A stretch of DNA of 16,402 bases from the IMG/VR virus record IMGVR_UViG_2681813262_000007. The stretch is one strand, 5' to 3'. Made by a program: the position numbers and the translations under genes. This document shows positions 1-7,941 of the stretch, piece after piece. Within the stretch, counting starts at the first letter, position 1; each line of letters begins with the position of its first letter. The notes beneath the pieces are model-generated. The model saw only the letters and a list, made by a program, of their open reading frames with translations. It searched no databases and was not told the origin of the DNA. Source of the DNA: a virus (taxonomy: Duplodnaviria > Heunggongvirae > Uroviricota > Caudoviricetes).

Positions 1-125
1 GAACCGTTCTGACAGCTTCGGCTTTGAACTCTTTAGAGTAACGTTGGGTTTTTCTGCTCATTATTAGCTCCTTCTGATGCCATTCTATTTCAGGAAGGAG
101 TGTCCGTTAAACTCAGGCTACCTCA
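1..125 (-). mobile_element. Outward end of an IS3-family insertion sequence: terminal inverted repeat plus first 20 codons of transposase OrfA, truncated by the window edge
   Basis: Minus-strand ATG at 61..59 preceded by GGAG RBS; translation MSRKTQRYSKEFKAEAVRTV resembles IS3-family OrfA N-termini (helix-turn-helix region). Minus-strand sequence from 125 begins TGAGGTAGCCTGAGTTTAACGG, consistent with an IS3-type terminal IR (TG...). Only about 60 nt of coding sequence is visible, so the family call is by recollection. Confidence 0.5.
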
Positions 126-132
126 TCCTTCC

Positions 133-161
133 AGGCCCATCCGCTCCGGTGGGCCTTTTTA
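133..161 (+). terminator. Rho-independent terminator-like hairpin immediately outside the IS end
   Basis: 7-bp GC-rich stem aggccca/tgggcct (133-139 / 150-156), 10-nt loop, followed by a T5 run (156-160). Confidence 0.35.
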
Positions 162-408
162 CTGCAGAAAACAGGTTCCCCGTTAAATGCTATGTTGCTC
201 ACAATTCAGTAAGTTGACAGTTGCCTGTCAGACTGGGCATTTGTTAAAAAAATTTCGCATGGTGAATCCCCCTGAGCGGAGGGGCGACTGGTGACGGTAT
301 AATCTCTGATTATCAAAACGAGAATGACGCGGGTTTAGTGGCACCGGGCTGAACTCACCGGGAGGCACCCGGCACCATGTGCATGATGATACAGATACGC
401 GGCTTTAG

Positions 409-466
409 CCCCTCTCCGGAGGGGTTTTCTTGTGGGCAAAAAAAGCCCGCGCTGGGAGACGCGGGC
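409..466. terminator. Pair of back-to-back GC hairpins: plus-strand terminator (409-431) and a possible minus-strand terminator (438-466)
   Basis: cccctc-tccg-gagggg followed by ttttctt (plus strand). Then A7 + gcccgcg-ctgggaga-cgcgggc, which on the minus strand reads as GC stem + T7. Confidence 0.4.
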
Positions 467-659
467 GGCAAGGAATAAACAATAAAACGTGAAGTAATAT
501 TTCAGCTGGCGAATAATACCCCATAGTAATCACTCTGCGCAACTGCGCGGTCTTTTTCGAATTGCGGGCTGTCGTCTCTCTTCTGCCATTGTCCTGTAAC
601 TTCCGGACTTCAGCCCGCTCCTTATTTTACTCACAATATTATCCCGGCCGGGAGGATTC

Positions 660-2441
660 ATGGCATTTAAACACTATGACGTGGTCAGGGCGGCATCGCC
701 GTCAGACCTTGCGAAACGACTGACACAAAAACTGAAGGAGGGCTGGCAGCCGTTTGGTAGTCCGGTGGCCATAACCCCTTATACCCTGATGCAGGCGATT
801 GCAGCAGAAGGTGATGTGGTCGTCAGTGGTGCAACTGAGCCGGAGTGGTACTACGTCATCGTACTGGCCGGGCAATCCAATGCCATGGCTTACGGTGAAG
901 GTCTTCCGCTTCCGGATTCATACGATGCGCCCCATCCGCGCATTAAGCAACTGGCCCGTCGTAACACAGTGACTCCCGGTGGTGAAGTATGCGTATTTAA
1001 CGACATCATTCCTGCTGACCATTGTCTGCATGATGTTCAGGATATGAGTACGATTAACCATCCCCGGGCTGACCTGAGCAAAGGGCAGTACGGCTGTGTC
1101 GGACAGGGCTTACATATTGCCAAAAAACTGCTTCCGTATATCCCTAATAATGCGGGGATCCTGCTGGTACCATGCTGTCGTGGTGGTTCGGCATTCACCC
1201 AGGGCACGGAGGGGACATTCAGCGAGTCCACGGGAGCCAGTCAGGATTCGGCTCGCTGGGGAGTGGGTAAGCCGTTATATCAGGATCTGCTTTTCCGCAC
1301 GAAGGCAGCATTGCAGAAAAACCCGAAAAACGTTTTGCTGGCGATATGCTGGATGCAGGGGGAATTCGATATGACGAATGCCAGTTACGCCCAGCAGCCA
1401 GCAGCATTTCTTGCAATGGTACAGCAGTTCCGTGCTGACCTTGCCGGGCTGGCAGCGCAGTGTCACGGTGGAAGTCCGGCATCAGTCCCCTGGATTTGTG
1501 GCGACACGACATACGCGTGGAAACAAGAACACGGTACGCAATATGAAGTGGTATATGGTGCATATAAAGGTAAAGAATCCCAGCAGATTTATTTTGTTCC
1601 CTTTATGACCGATGGTAGCGGAGTTAATACACCGACAAACAACCCGTCAGAAGATCCTGATATTGCCGGGTCTGGTTATTACGGTTCGGCATCCCGAACG
1701 AACAAAAACTGGGTATCATCAAATCGCCCGACGCATTTCAGCTCATGGGCGCGTCGTGGCATTATTCCCGATCGTATGGCAACTGCTATTCTGAACGTAG
1801 CCGGTCGCACCTTAGCCTTCATTAGTGGTAAGGCACCGGAAATCAAACCCTCGCCCGGCGGCGACACGCCATCGGGGCCGTCTGAAGATGCATCCATTCA
1901 GTTGTCAGATGGTGTATTTAAGATCACCAAGCAGAGCAATAAAGCCTGGTCCCTGACGCGCCCGGTGGATGACGCAGTCTCCCTGCTGACACGGGGTGGC
2001 AGACTGAGCTGTAAGTTTCGACTGTCAGGCGCACTGACCAACAACCAGTTCGGTCTGGGAATTTATCTGTATACCGATGTAGCGTTACCTGACGTCGTGG
2101 CGATGACCGGGACTGGTAACCCGTTCCTGATGTCGTTCTTCACCCAGACCACAGACGGCAAACTGAATCTGATGCATCACAAGAAAGCCGGAAACACAAA
2201 GTTGGGCGAGTTCGGGAATTACAGTAACGACTGGCAGACGCTGGAGCTGGTGTTCACCGCCGGCAGTGCCACGGTTACTCCGAAACTGAATGGAGTGGCT
2301 GGCCCGGCATTCCAGGTCATAAAAGACAGTCTGACAGTGGGACTAAATGCACTGACGCTGACGGATATTACCAAAAATGCAACGTATGGCGTTGAGATAG
2401 AAAGTCTGGTGCTGGAGATAAATGCACCGGCATCATCATAA
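660..2441 (+). CDS. nanS: Prophage-encoded sialate O-acetylesterase (NanS-p-like): N-terminal DUF1737-like domain, SASA/SGNH-type esterase core, C-terminal ~200-aa putative carbohydrate-binding domain
   Basis: 593-aa ORF with GGAGG RBS (651-655). Contains the GQSN serine motif ([16 protein letters not shown]) and a later WMQGEFD block typical of sialate O-acetylesterases. Architecture and position (upstream of the holin) match NanS-p morons of E. coli lambdoid and Stx prophages. Family assignment is from memory, not a search. Confidence 0.8.
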   Translation: MAFKHYDVVRAASPSDLAKRLTQKLKEGWQPFGSPVAITPYTLMQAIAAEGDVVVSGATEPEWYYVIVLAGQSNAMAYGEGLPLPDSYDAPHPRIKQLARRNTVTPGGEVCVFNDIIPADHCLHDVQDMSTINHPRADLSKGQYGCVGQGLHIAKKLLPYIPNNAGILLVPCCRGGSAFTQGTEGTFSESTGASQDSARWGVGKPLYQDLLFRTKAALQKNPKNVLLAICWMQGEFDMTNASYAQQPAAFLAMVQQFRADLAGLAAQCHGGSPASVPWICGDTTYAWKQEHGTQYEVVYGAYKGKESQQIYFVPFMTDGSGVNTPTNNPSEDPDIAGSGYYGSASRTNKNWVSSNRPTHFSSWARRGIIPDRMATAILNVAGRTLAFISGKAPEIKPSPGGDTPSGPSEDASIQLSDGVFKITKQSNKAWSLTRPVDDAVSLLTRGGRLSCKFRLSGALTNNQFGLGIYLYTDVALPDVVAMTGTGNPFLMSFFTQTTDGKLNLMHHKKAGNTKLGEFGNYSNDWQTLELVFTAGSATVTPKLNGVAGPAFQVIKDSLTVGLNALTLTDITKNATYGVEIESLVLEINAPASS

Positions 2442-2525
2442 AAAGTGAGCCAGTCAAATGGAAGGTATCGTTAAACTCACCGGTAGTGTCAGTGGGTCGT
2501 CTGAGACGCCTGCATGAGTTATCAG

Positions 2526-2557
2526 AGCCATCAGTACTTAACTGGTGGCTTTTTTAT
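2526..2557 (+). terminator. Rho-independent terminator between the esterase gene and the holin (tR'-like position)
   Basis: 10-bp stem agccatcagt/actggtggct (one G-U pair), 5-nt loop, followed by tttttt (2551-2556). Confidence 0.5.
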
Positions 2558-2590
2558 TGTTGTCAGCTTCCGGATAACGGGAGACGGGGT

Positions 2591-2806
2591 ATGTACCAGA
2601 TGGAAAAAATCACAACAGGTGTGTCATACACCACGTCAGCGGTGGGAACGGGCTACTGGTTCCTGCAGTTGCTGGACAGGGTTTCCCCGTCTCAGTGGGC
2701 GGCAATAGGCGTGCTGGGGAGTCTGCTGTTTGGGCTGCTGACATATCTGACTAACCTGTATTTCAAAATCAGAGAGGACCGTCGTAAGGCTGCACGGGGA
2801 GAGTAA
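2591..2806 (+). CDS. S: Class II pinholin (phage 21 S21 / Stx-phage S family), dual-start motif MYQM
   Basis: 71 aa, two TMDs (SAR-like TMD1 [22 protein letters not shown]; TMD2 [23 protein letters not shown]), C-terminal [13 protein letters not shown] nearly identical to remembered S21. GGGAGACGGGG RBS upstream. The 2486 start in the ORF track is an upstream extension across the terminator and is not credible. Confidence 0.85.
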   Translation: MYQMEKITTGVSYTTSAVGTGYWFLQLLDRVSPSQWAAIGVLGSLLFGLLTYLTNLYFKIREDRRKAARGE

Positions 2807-2810
2807 TTCA

Positions 2811-3161
2811 ATGACTCAAAACTATGAACTGATTGTGAAAGGGATCCGCAATTTTGAGAATAAAGTTACGGTAACTTTAGCGTTACGGGACAAAAAACGC
2901 TTTGACGGTGAAATTTTTGACCTGGACATCTCGCTGGACCGTGTTGAAGGTGCCGCGCTGGAGTTTTATGAGGCAGCAGCCAGAAGGAGCATCAGACAGG
3001 TCTTCCTGGATGTTGCTGCCGGGTTATGTGAAGGGGATGAGCAGTCGCCGGAAAAGCGCCCCGTAATTTTAGAGGCGCAGAATGTGTGGATAACCTACAA
3101 AGGAAAGCTACCAGGAAGAATTACTGGTTCTCTGAAGACTCCTCCGGAATCACAACCTTAA
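2811..3161 (+). CDS. Hypothetical 116-aa soluble charged protein inserted between holin and endolysin; possibly YdfR/DUF1327-like
   Basis: ATG 4 nt after the holin stop, GGGAGA RBS, no TM segment. A gene of similar size occupies the same holin-lysozyme slot in E. coli prophage Qin (ydfR) as I recall it; sequence homology not verified. Confidence 0.65.
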   Translation: MTQNYELIVKGIRNFENKVTVTLALRDKKRFDGEIFDLDISLDRVEGAALEFYEAAARRSIRQVFLDVAAGLCEGDEQSPEKRPVILEAQNVWITYKGKLPGRITGSLKTPPESQP

Positions 3162-3224
3162 GTCACTGACCAGAACAGATAAACCTGTCCGTGGGCAGAA
3201 ACCGATAAATCCTGATAAATATCC

Positions 3225-3758
3225 ATGAACGCAAAAATCAGATACGGCCTGTCGGCTGCCGTTCTGGCACTGATTGCCGTCGGTGCGCCCGCGCCTGATA
3301 TTCTCGACCAGTTTCTGGATGAAAAAGAGGGTAACCACACTACGGCATACCGCGATGGTTCCGGCATCTGGACCATCTGTCGGGGGGCCACGATGGTGGA
3401 TGGAAAACCCGTTTTTCCCGGTATGAAACTGTCGAAGGAAAAATGCGACCAGGTCAACGCCATTGAGCGTGATAAGGCGCTGGCATGGGTGGAGAAAAAC
3501 ATCAAAGTGCCATTGAGCGAACCCCAGAAAGCGGGGATCGCGTCATTCTGTCCGTACAACATTGGTCCCGGTAAGTGTTTCCCGTCGACGTTTTATAAAC
3601 GAATTAATGCAGGTGATCGCAGGGGAGCGTGTGAGGCGATTCGCTGGTGGATTAAGGACGGTGGCAGAGACTGCCGTATTCGTTCAAACAACTGCTACGG
3701 TCAGGTATCCCGTCGTGACCAGGAGAGTGCGCTGGCGTGCTGGGGTATCGACAGATAA
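3225..3758 (+). CDS. R: SAR endolysin (T4-lysozyme-like muramidase, GH24, R21 type)
   Basis: 177 aa. N-terminal weakly hydrophobic Gly/Ala-rich signal-anchor-release domain (LSAAVLALIAVGAPAP); catalytic E-X8-D-X5-T triad (E GNHTTAYR D GSGIW T). Pairs functionally with the pinholin. Confidence 0.9.
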   Translation: MNAKIRYGLSAAVLALIAVGAPAPDILDQFLDEKEGNHTTAYRDGSGIWTICRGATMVDGKPVFPGMKLSKEKCDQVNAIERDKALAWVEKNIKVPLSEPQKAGIASFCPYNIGPGKCFPSTFYKRINAGDRRGACEAIRWWIKDGGRDCRIRSNNCYGQVSRRDQESALACWGIDR

Positions 3759-3850
3759 GCAGAATATTTTGCTGAAAAATAAGGCATGGCCACGCGGGCG
3801 GATAACACGAAATCCTGCGAACTGGCGAAACGTAAGTGAATAAAAGTAAA

Positions 3851-3887
3851 AACCCCGTTTGTTGGCAGCAAGCGGGGTTTTGTTTTT
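3851..3887 (+). terminator. Strong rho-independent terminator downstream of the endolysin
   Basis: 11-bp stem aaccccgtttg/caagcggggtt (one G-U), 7-nt loop, followed by ttgttttt. Confidence 0.6.
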
Positions 3888-3952
3888 ATGGCAGTAAGCT
3901 ATGGGAGGCTGCCTTGATTGATTTTAGCAAACTGATTAGGGAGTTGCGACTC

Positions 3953-4048
3953 ATGATTAGTCAATTACCAAACTGGAAATTTTTGCTGGTCTGGAGCATC
4001 CCTTTTTTATGGGTAGTATCCCAGTTAATTGTGGCAATTAAGGGGTAG
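3953..4048 (+). CDS. Putative 31-aa hydrophobic peptide (MISQLPNWKFLLVWSIPFLWVVSQLIVAIKG)
   Basis: ATG with AGGGAG RBS 9 nt upstream; single predicted TM helix. Caveat: the locus is T-rich, which favours hydrophobic codons by chance. Confidence 0.3.
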   Translation: MISQLPNWKFLLVWSIPFLWVVSQLIVAIKG

Positions 4049-4050
4049 CT

Positions 4051-4182
4051 ATGTCAGACAAACTCATAACGCCGGCAAAGGTCCTGTGTGTGATTGTCGG
4101 TATTTCATTTTCACTAATGCTGGTTGCTCTTTTTCTGTCCCTCGCCTGGGTGATGTTGTCTTCGTCGGGGCTGCTGGGGTGA
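4051..4182 (+). CDS. Putative 43-aa single-TM peptide (MSDKLITPAKVLCVIVGISFSLMLVALFLSLAWVMLSSSGLLG)
   Basis: ATG 2 nt after the previous stop with AAGGGG RBS; clean TM helix. Too short for the 60-aa ORF track and in a different frame from track ORF 4029..4301. Confidence 0.4.
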   Translation: MSDKLITPAKVLCVIVGISFSLMLVALFLSLAWVMLSSSGLLG

Positions 4183-4184
4183 CA

Positions 4185-4301
4185 GTGACTGATGACATCA
4201 GCAGAGCGCTGGCTTTTGCTATTAAGTGGGTGGCTGTTGGTATTGCTGTGTCTCCGATGCTATATGGGCTGGCAAAACTGGTCATTGCGCTGAAATCGTG
4301 A
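4185..4301 (+). CDS. Putative 38-aa hydrophobic peptide, GTG start (MTDDISRALAFAIKWVAVGIAVSPMLYGLAKLVIALKS); paralog of the next peptide
   Basis: GTG 2 nt after the previous stop. N-terminus and core align with the 4313..4399 peptide (MTDDISRALAFAIKWVAV vs [18 protein letters not shown]), and the conservation is at the protein level in this frame. Confidence 0.4.
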   Translation: MTDDISRALAFAIKWVAVGIAVSPMLYGLAKLVIALKS

Positions 4302-4312
4302 ACTTTAAAAAG

Positions 4313-4399
4313 ATGAGTGCTGAACTTATTCGGGCAATGGCATTTGCCATTCGTATTGTGGCCATTGCTGTTCTGGTCTGGGCAATCCGTTGGTGGTGA
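4313..4399 (+). CDS. Putative 28-aa hydrophobic peptide ([28 protein letters not shown]); paralog of the previous peptide
   Basis: ATG start; stop falls 1 nt before the Rz ATG; paralogy with 4185..4301. Weak RBS. Confidence 0.4.
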   Translation: MSAELIRAMAFAIRIVAIAVLVWAIRWW

Positions 4400-4400
4400 T

Positions 4401-4868
4401 ATGAACCGTGTTCTGTGTGTGGTGATTATTGTCATGCTGGTGGCCTGTGGTGCGCTTAGTCTGGGGCTGAATCATTACCGTGATAACGCCATTACCTACA
4501 AAGCCCAGCGCGACAAAAATGTCAGAGAACTGAAGCTGGCGAACGCGGCAATTACTGACATGCAGATGCGTCAGCGTGATGTTGCTGCGCTCGATGCAAA
4601 ATACTCGAGGGAATTAGCCGATGCGAGAGCTGAAAATGAAACTCTTCGCGCTGACGTTGCCGCTGGTCGTAAGCGCCTGCGTATCAACGCCACCTGTCCA
4701 GGTCCCGTGCGTGAAGCCACCGGCACCGCCCGCGTGGATAATGCAACCGGCCCCCGACTGGCAGACACCGCTGAACGGGATTATTTCACCCTCAGAGAGC
4801 GGCTGATGACGATGCACAAGCAACTGGAAGGGGCGCAGGAATATATCCGCACTCAGTGCCTGAAATAA
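4401..4868 (+). CDS. Rz: Rz i-spanin (inner-membrane spanin subunit)
   Basis: 155 aa; N-terminal TM ([18 protein letters not shown]) and coiled-coil periplasmic domain. Closely resembles remembered lambda Rz ([17 protein letters not shown]...[24 protein letters not shown]). The 4317 start in the track is an upstream extension. Confidence 0.9.
   Translation: MNRVLCVVIIVMLVACGALSLGLNHYRDNAITYKAQRDKNVRELKLANAAITDMQMRQRDVAALDAKYSRELADARAENETLRADVAAGRKRLRINATCPGPVREATGTARVDNATGPRLADTAERDYFTLRERLMTMHKQLEGAQEYIRTQCLK
4621..4806 (+). CDS. Rz1: Rz1 o-spanin (outer-membrane lipoprotein), embedded in the +1 frame of Rz
   Basis: 61 aa with signal peptide and lipobox (LVVSAC), proline-rich mature region ([30 protein letters not shown]) matching lambda Rz1. 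An alternative start at 4636 is possible. Confidence 0.85.
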   Translation: MRELKMKLFALTLPLVVSACVSTPPVQVPCVKPPAPPAWIMQPAPDWQTPLNGIISPSESG

Positions 4869-5059
4869 GTTTTGCTGATGCGCGGTATTGTCGCCGTATC
4901 CCCGCATTAACAGAGACCGCAGCCCGACCGGGAGACTCCTCTGCGCGAGTGTGCGGGGATAATCAAAAACGATACACACCGGGGTTTACCGCGTTAACGG
5001 AGCGCGGCGTTGTCCCCTCATAGTCGCCAGTCCGGTGCGATGGTGGAAGAAACCGGACT

Positions 5060-5133
5060 ACATTGAAAATGATAACCATTATCATTTTTGCGGGTCCTTT
5101 CCGGCGATCCGGGCCGTTACGGGGCGGCGACCT
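5060..5133 (+). other. cos: cos site: cosQ-like region and cosN (12-nt cohesive end GGGCGGCGACCT at 5122-5133)
   Basis: Sequence ...gggtcctttccggcgatccgggccgttacg|gggcggcgacctcgcgggttttcgctatttatgaaaatttt closely matches the remembered lambda right-end/left-end junction (lambda left end begins GGGCGGCGACCTCGCGGGTTTTCGCTATTTATGAAAATTTT). Confidence 0.8.
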
Positions 5134-5170
5134 CGCGGGTTTTCGCTATTTATGAAAATTTTTAGGGAAA

Positions 5171-5287
5171 AATCAGATCCGTTCTTCTTCTTTTTAACTG
5201 ATTGATTATCAATAGAATTTTAAAAATATAAAAGGATCTGACAAAGGCTGTTTTTGTTAGAAAACGCCATTTTCAGATCCTTTCTGG
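5171..5287 (+). promoter_or_regulatory. cosB: cosB: three terminase small-subunit binding elements (R3 5171-5187, R2 inverted 5231-5247, R1 5271-5287) flanking an AT-rich candidate IHF site (I1, ~5195-5230)
   Basis: Core cagatcc repeated at 5174-5180 (+), 5236-5242 (inverted) and 5274-5280 (+), the same R3-I1-R2-R1 arrangement as lambda cosB; lies between cosN and the Nu1 start. Confidence 0.65.
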
Positions 5288-5302
5288 TTCCCGGGGGAGT
5301 GT

Positions 5303-5851
5303 ATGAACGTCAATAAGAAAAAACTGGCCGATATTTTTGGCGTTGATGTCAGGACCATCACCGCCTGGCAGAGTCAGGGGTTACCACTAGTTTCTGGTGG
5401 AGGGAAAGGGACTGAATCAGTTTTTGATACAACTGCTGCCATTCAGTGGTATGCGCAGAGGGAAGCTGATATTGAAAACGAAAAACTCCGTAAAGAGATC
5501 GAGGATTTGAGGGCTGCCAGCGAATCAGACCTTCAGCCCGGCACCATTGATTACGAACGTTACCGACTGACGAAGGCACAGGCCGATGCACAGGAGCTGA
5601 AAAATGCTCGTGAGGAAGGCCTTGTCCTCGAGACGGAGTTATTTACCTACATCTTTCAGCGAGTGGCACAGAATATATCAGGGATCCTTGTCCGTGTCCC
5701 TCAGACACTGCAGCGTAAATACCCTGATATATCACCCGTACATCTTGATGCTGTGAAAACTGAAATCGCGAAAGCATCCGATGTGGCTTCTGAAGCCGGT
5801 GAGAATGTGCGCAGGTGGATTGATGATTTCAGACGAACTGAGGGCGGCTAA
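5303..5851 (+). CDS. nu1: Terminase small subunit (gpNu1)
   Basis: 182 aa; N-terminal winged-HTH region [29 protein letters not shown] and [29 protein letters not shown] closely match lambda Nu1. GGGGGAG RBS. Confidence 0.95.
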   Translation: MNVNKKKLADIFGVDVRTITAWQSQGLPLVSGGGKGTESVFDTTAAIQWYAQREADIENEKLRKEIEDLRAASESDLQPGTIDYERYRLTKAQADAQELKNAREEGLVLETELFTYIFQRVAQNISGILVRVPQTLQRKYPDISPVHLDAVKTEIAKASDVASEAGENVRRWIDDFRRTEGG

Positions 5852-7751
5852 TTCTGCAGGAGCGATAGCAACCGGCCTCCTTGCGCTAAAAATTCCTGTC
5901 CCTCTGACGACAGTTCAGTGGGCAGATCGACATTATTACCTTCCGAAAGAGTCATCTTACACCCCGGGGCGGTGGGAAACACTGCCGTTTCAGGTTGCCA
6001 TCATGAACAGCATGGGGAATGACCGGATCCGCACTGTTAATCTGATTAAATCTGCCCGTGTTGGTTATACAAAGATGTTGCTGGGAGTGGAGGCTTATTT
6101 TATTGAGCATAAATCACGCAACAGCCTTCTTTTCCAGCCCACGGATTCTGCTGCTGAAGATTTTATGAAATCTCATGTGGAACCCACGATCAGGGATGTG
6201 CCGGTTTTACTCGATCTTGCACCGTGGTTTGGGCGTAAACATCGTGATAATACCCTCACGCTGAAACGTTTTTCATCGGGCGTGGGCTTCTGGTGCCTGG
6301 GCGGGGCTGCCGCTAAAAACTACCGTGAAAAATCCGTGGACGTGGTCTGCTATGACGAACTTTCCTCGTTCGAACCGGATGTCGAAAAAGAGGGTTCGCC
6401 AACCCTGCTTGGGGATAAACGTATTGAGGGCTCTGTATGGCCCAAATCCATTCGCGGCTCGACGCCTAAAATCAAAGGCACCTGCCAGATCGAAAAAGCG
6501 GCCAACGAGTCGGCGCATTTCATGCGTTTTTATGTGCCCTGCCCACACTGTGGGGAGGAGCAGTATCTGAAATTTGGCGATGAATCCACGCCTTTTGGCC
6601 TTAAATGGGAGAAGGACAGCCCCGAAAGCGTTTTCTACCTCTGTGAACATCATGGCTGCGTGATCCATCAGTCTGAGCTTGACCAGAGCAACGGGCGGTG
6701 GATCTGTGAAAACACGGGGATGTGGACCCGTGACGGTCTGACGTTTTTCAGCGCCGCGGATAATGAAATTCCGCCGCCGCGCTCCATCACGTTCCATATC
6801 TGGACGGCGTACAGTCCGTTCACCACCTGGGTACAGATAGTCTATGACTGGCTGGATGCACTGAAAGATCCCAACGGCCTGAAAACCTTTGTGAACACCA
6901 CGCTGGGCGAGACCTGGGAAGAGGCCGTGGGCGAAAAACTCGATCACCAGGTACTGATGGATAAGGTCGTGCATTACACGGCGGCGGTGCCAGCCCGGGT
7001 GGTTTATCTGACGGCGGGCATTGACTCGCAGCGAAACCGTTTTGAGATGTATGTCTGGGGATGGGCACCGGGAGAGGAAGCTTTTCTGGTGGATAAAATC
7101 ATCATTATGGGCCGTCCCGATGAGGAAGAGACGCTGTTACGTGTGGATGCGGCGATCAACAAAAAATACTGCCATGCAGACGGAACCGAAATGACCATTT
7201 CCCGTGTCTGCTGGGACACCGGGGGGATCGATGGTGAAATTGTCTATCAGAGGTCAAAAAAACACGGTGTTTTCCGGGTGCTGCCGGTAAAAGGCGCATC
7301 TGTCTATGGCAAGCCGGTGATCACCATGCCGAAAACCCGCAATCAGCGGGGCGTGTATCTGTGTGAAGTGGGGACGGACACCGCAAAAGAAATTCTCTAT
7401 GCCCGTATGAAAGCCGATCCCACGCCTGCGGATGAAGCCACGTCGTATGCCATCCATTTTCCTGATGATCCGGAGATTTTTTCGCAGACAGAGGCGCAGC
7501 AACTGGTCGCGGAAGAGCTTGTGGAGAAGTGGGAAAAAGGAAAGATGCGTCTGCTGTGGGATAACAAAAAGCGGCGTAACGAAGCGCTGGACTGCCTGGT
7601 GTATGCCTATGCGGCATTACGTGTGTCCGTGCAACGCTGGCAGCTTGATCTGGCTGTACTGGCAAAATCCCGGGAAGAAGAGACGACCCGGCCAACCCTT
7701 AAAGAACTGGCAGCGAAGCTGTCCGGAGGAGTGAATGGTTACAGTCGCTGA
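5823..7751 (+). CDS. A: Terminase large subunit (gpA)
   Basis: Near-collinear identity to remembered lambda gpA ([25 protein letters not shown], [30 protein letters not shown]...). Start chosen at the ATG at 5823 to give a lambda-like overlap with Nu1; the ORF is open from 5781, so the start is uncertain by up to 42 nt. Confidence 0.9.
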   Translation: MISDELRAANSAGAIATGLLALKIPVPLTTVQWADRHYYLPKESSYTPGRWETLPFQVAIMNSMGNDRIRTVNLIKSARVGYTKMLLGVEAYFIEHKSRNSLLFQPTDSAAEDFMKSHVEPTIRDVPVLLDLAPWFGRKHRDNTLTLKRFSSGVGFWCLGGAAAKNYREKSVDVVCYDELSSFEPDVEKEGSPTLLGDKRIEGSVWPKSIRGSTPKIKGTCQIEKAANESAHFMRFYVPCPHCGEEQYLKFGDESTPFGLKWEKDSPESVFYLCEHHGCVIHQSELDQSNGRWICENTGMWTRDGLTFFSAADNEIPPPRSITFHIWTAYSPFTTWVQIVYDWLDALKDPNGLKTFVNTTLGETWEEAVGEKLDHQVLMDKVVHYTAAVPARVVYLTAGIDSQRNRFEMYVWGWAPGEEAFLVDKIIIMGRPDEEETLLRVDAAINKKYCHADGTEMTISRVCWDTGGIDGEIVYQRSKKHGVFRVLPVKGASVYGKPVITMPKTRNQRGVYLCEVGTDTAKEILYARMKADPTPADEATSYAIHFPDDPEIFSQTEAQQLVAEELVEKWEKGKMRLLWDNKKRRNEALDCLVYAYAALRVSVQRWQLDLAVLAKSREEETTRPTLKELAAKLSGGVNGYSR

Positions 7752-7941
7752 ACTGCAGGCGCTGCGTCAGGCGCGCCTTGATTTATTAACCGGTAAACGG
7801 GTGGTGTCTGTCCAGAAAGATGGTCGCAGAATTGAATATACGGCGGCTTCTCTGGATGAGCTTAACCGGGCGATCAATGATGCGGAGTCGGTACTGGGGA
7901 CAACCCGACGTCGCCGTCGTCCGCTGGGAGTGAGGTTATGA
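7735..7941 (+). CDS. W: Head-tail connector/joining protein gpW
   Basis: 68 aa; LTGKRVVSVQKDGRRIEYTAASL ... RRRRRP matches lambda gpW. Confidence 0.9.
   Translation: MVTVAELQALRQARLDLLTGKRVVSVQKDGRRIEYTAASLDELNRAINDAESVLGTTRRRRRPLGVRL

Noticed and set aside
214-303. Promoter-like hexamers (TTGACA at 214-219; perfect TATAAT at 298-303)
   Set aside because: The two hexamers are about 80 bp apart and neither has a suitable partner at 16-19 bp spacing, so no sigma70 promoter can be called confidently; possibly a Q-dependent late promoter remnant.
126-659. Shiga toxin or tRNA genes expected at this position in Stx-type phages
   Set aside because: No ORF of 60 aa or more and no sequence with tRNA cloverleaf hallmarks (for example a GTTCGAATC T-loop) is visible; the region appears non-coding.
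2486-2590. N-terminal extension of the holin ORF (track start at 2486)
   Set aside because: The extension spans the terminator hairpin at 2526-2557. The MYQMEK start at 2591 has a proper RBS and gives the canonical 71-aa pinholin.
3158-3562. 134-aa minus-strand ORF overlapping the endolysin
   Set aside because: Antisense to a well-supported SAR endolysin; no RBS or recognisable features.
3836-3952. Upstream extension of the first small peptide (track ORF 3836..4048, 70 aa)
   Set aside because: Begins at a GTG inside the terminator hairpin after R; only the part from the ATG at 3953 has an RBS and a coherent hydrophobic helix.
4064-4435. 123-aa minus-strand ORF across the small-peptide locus
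   Set aside because: No RBS or motif; Thr/Pro/His-rich composition reflects the complement of T-rich plus-strand DNA; conflicts with tightly packed plus-strand ORFs.
6273-6974. 233-aa minus-strand ORF
   Set aside because: Antisense within the terminase large subunit gene; Arg-rich with no recognisable motif.
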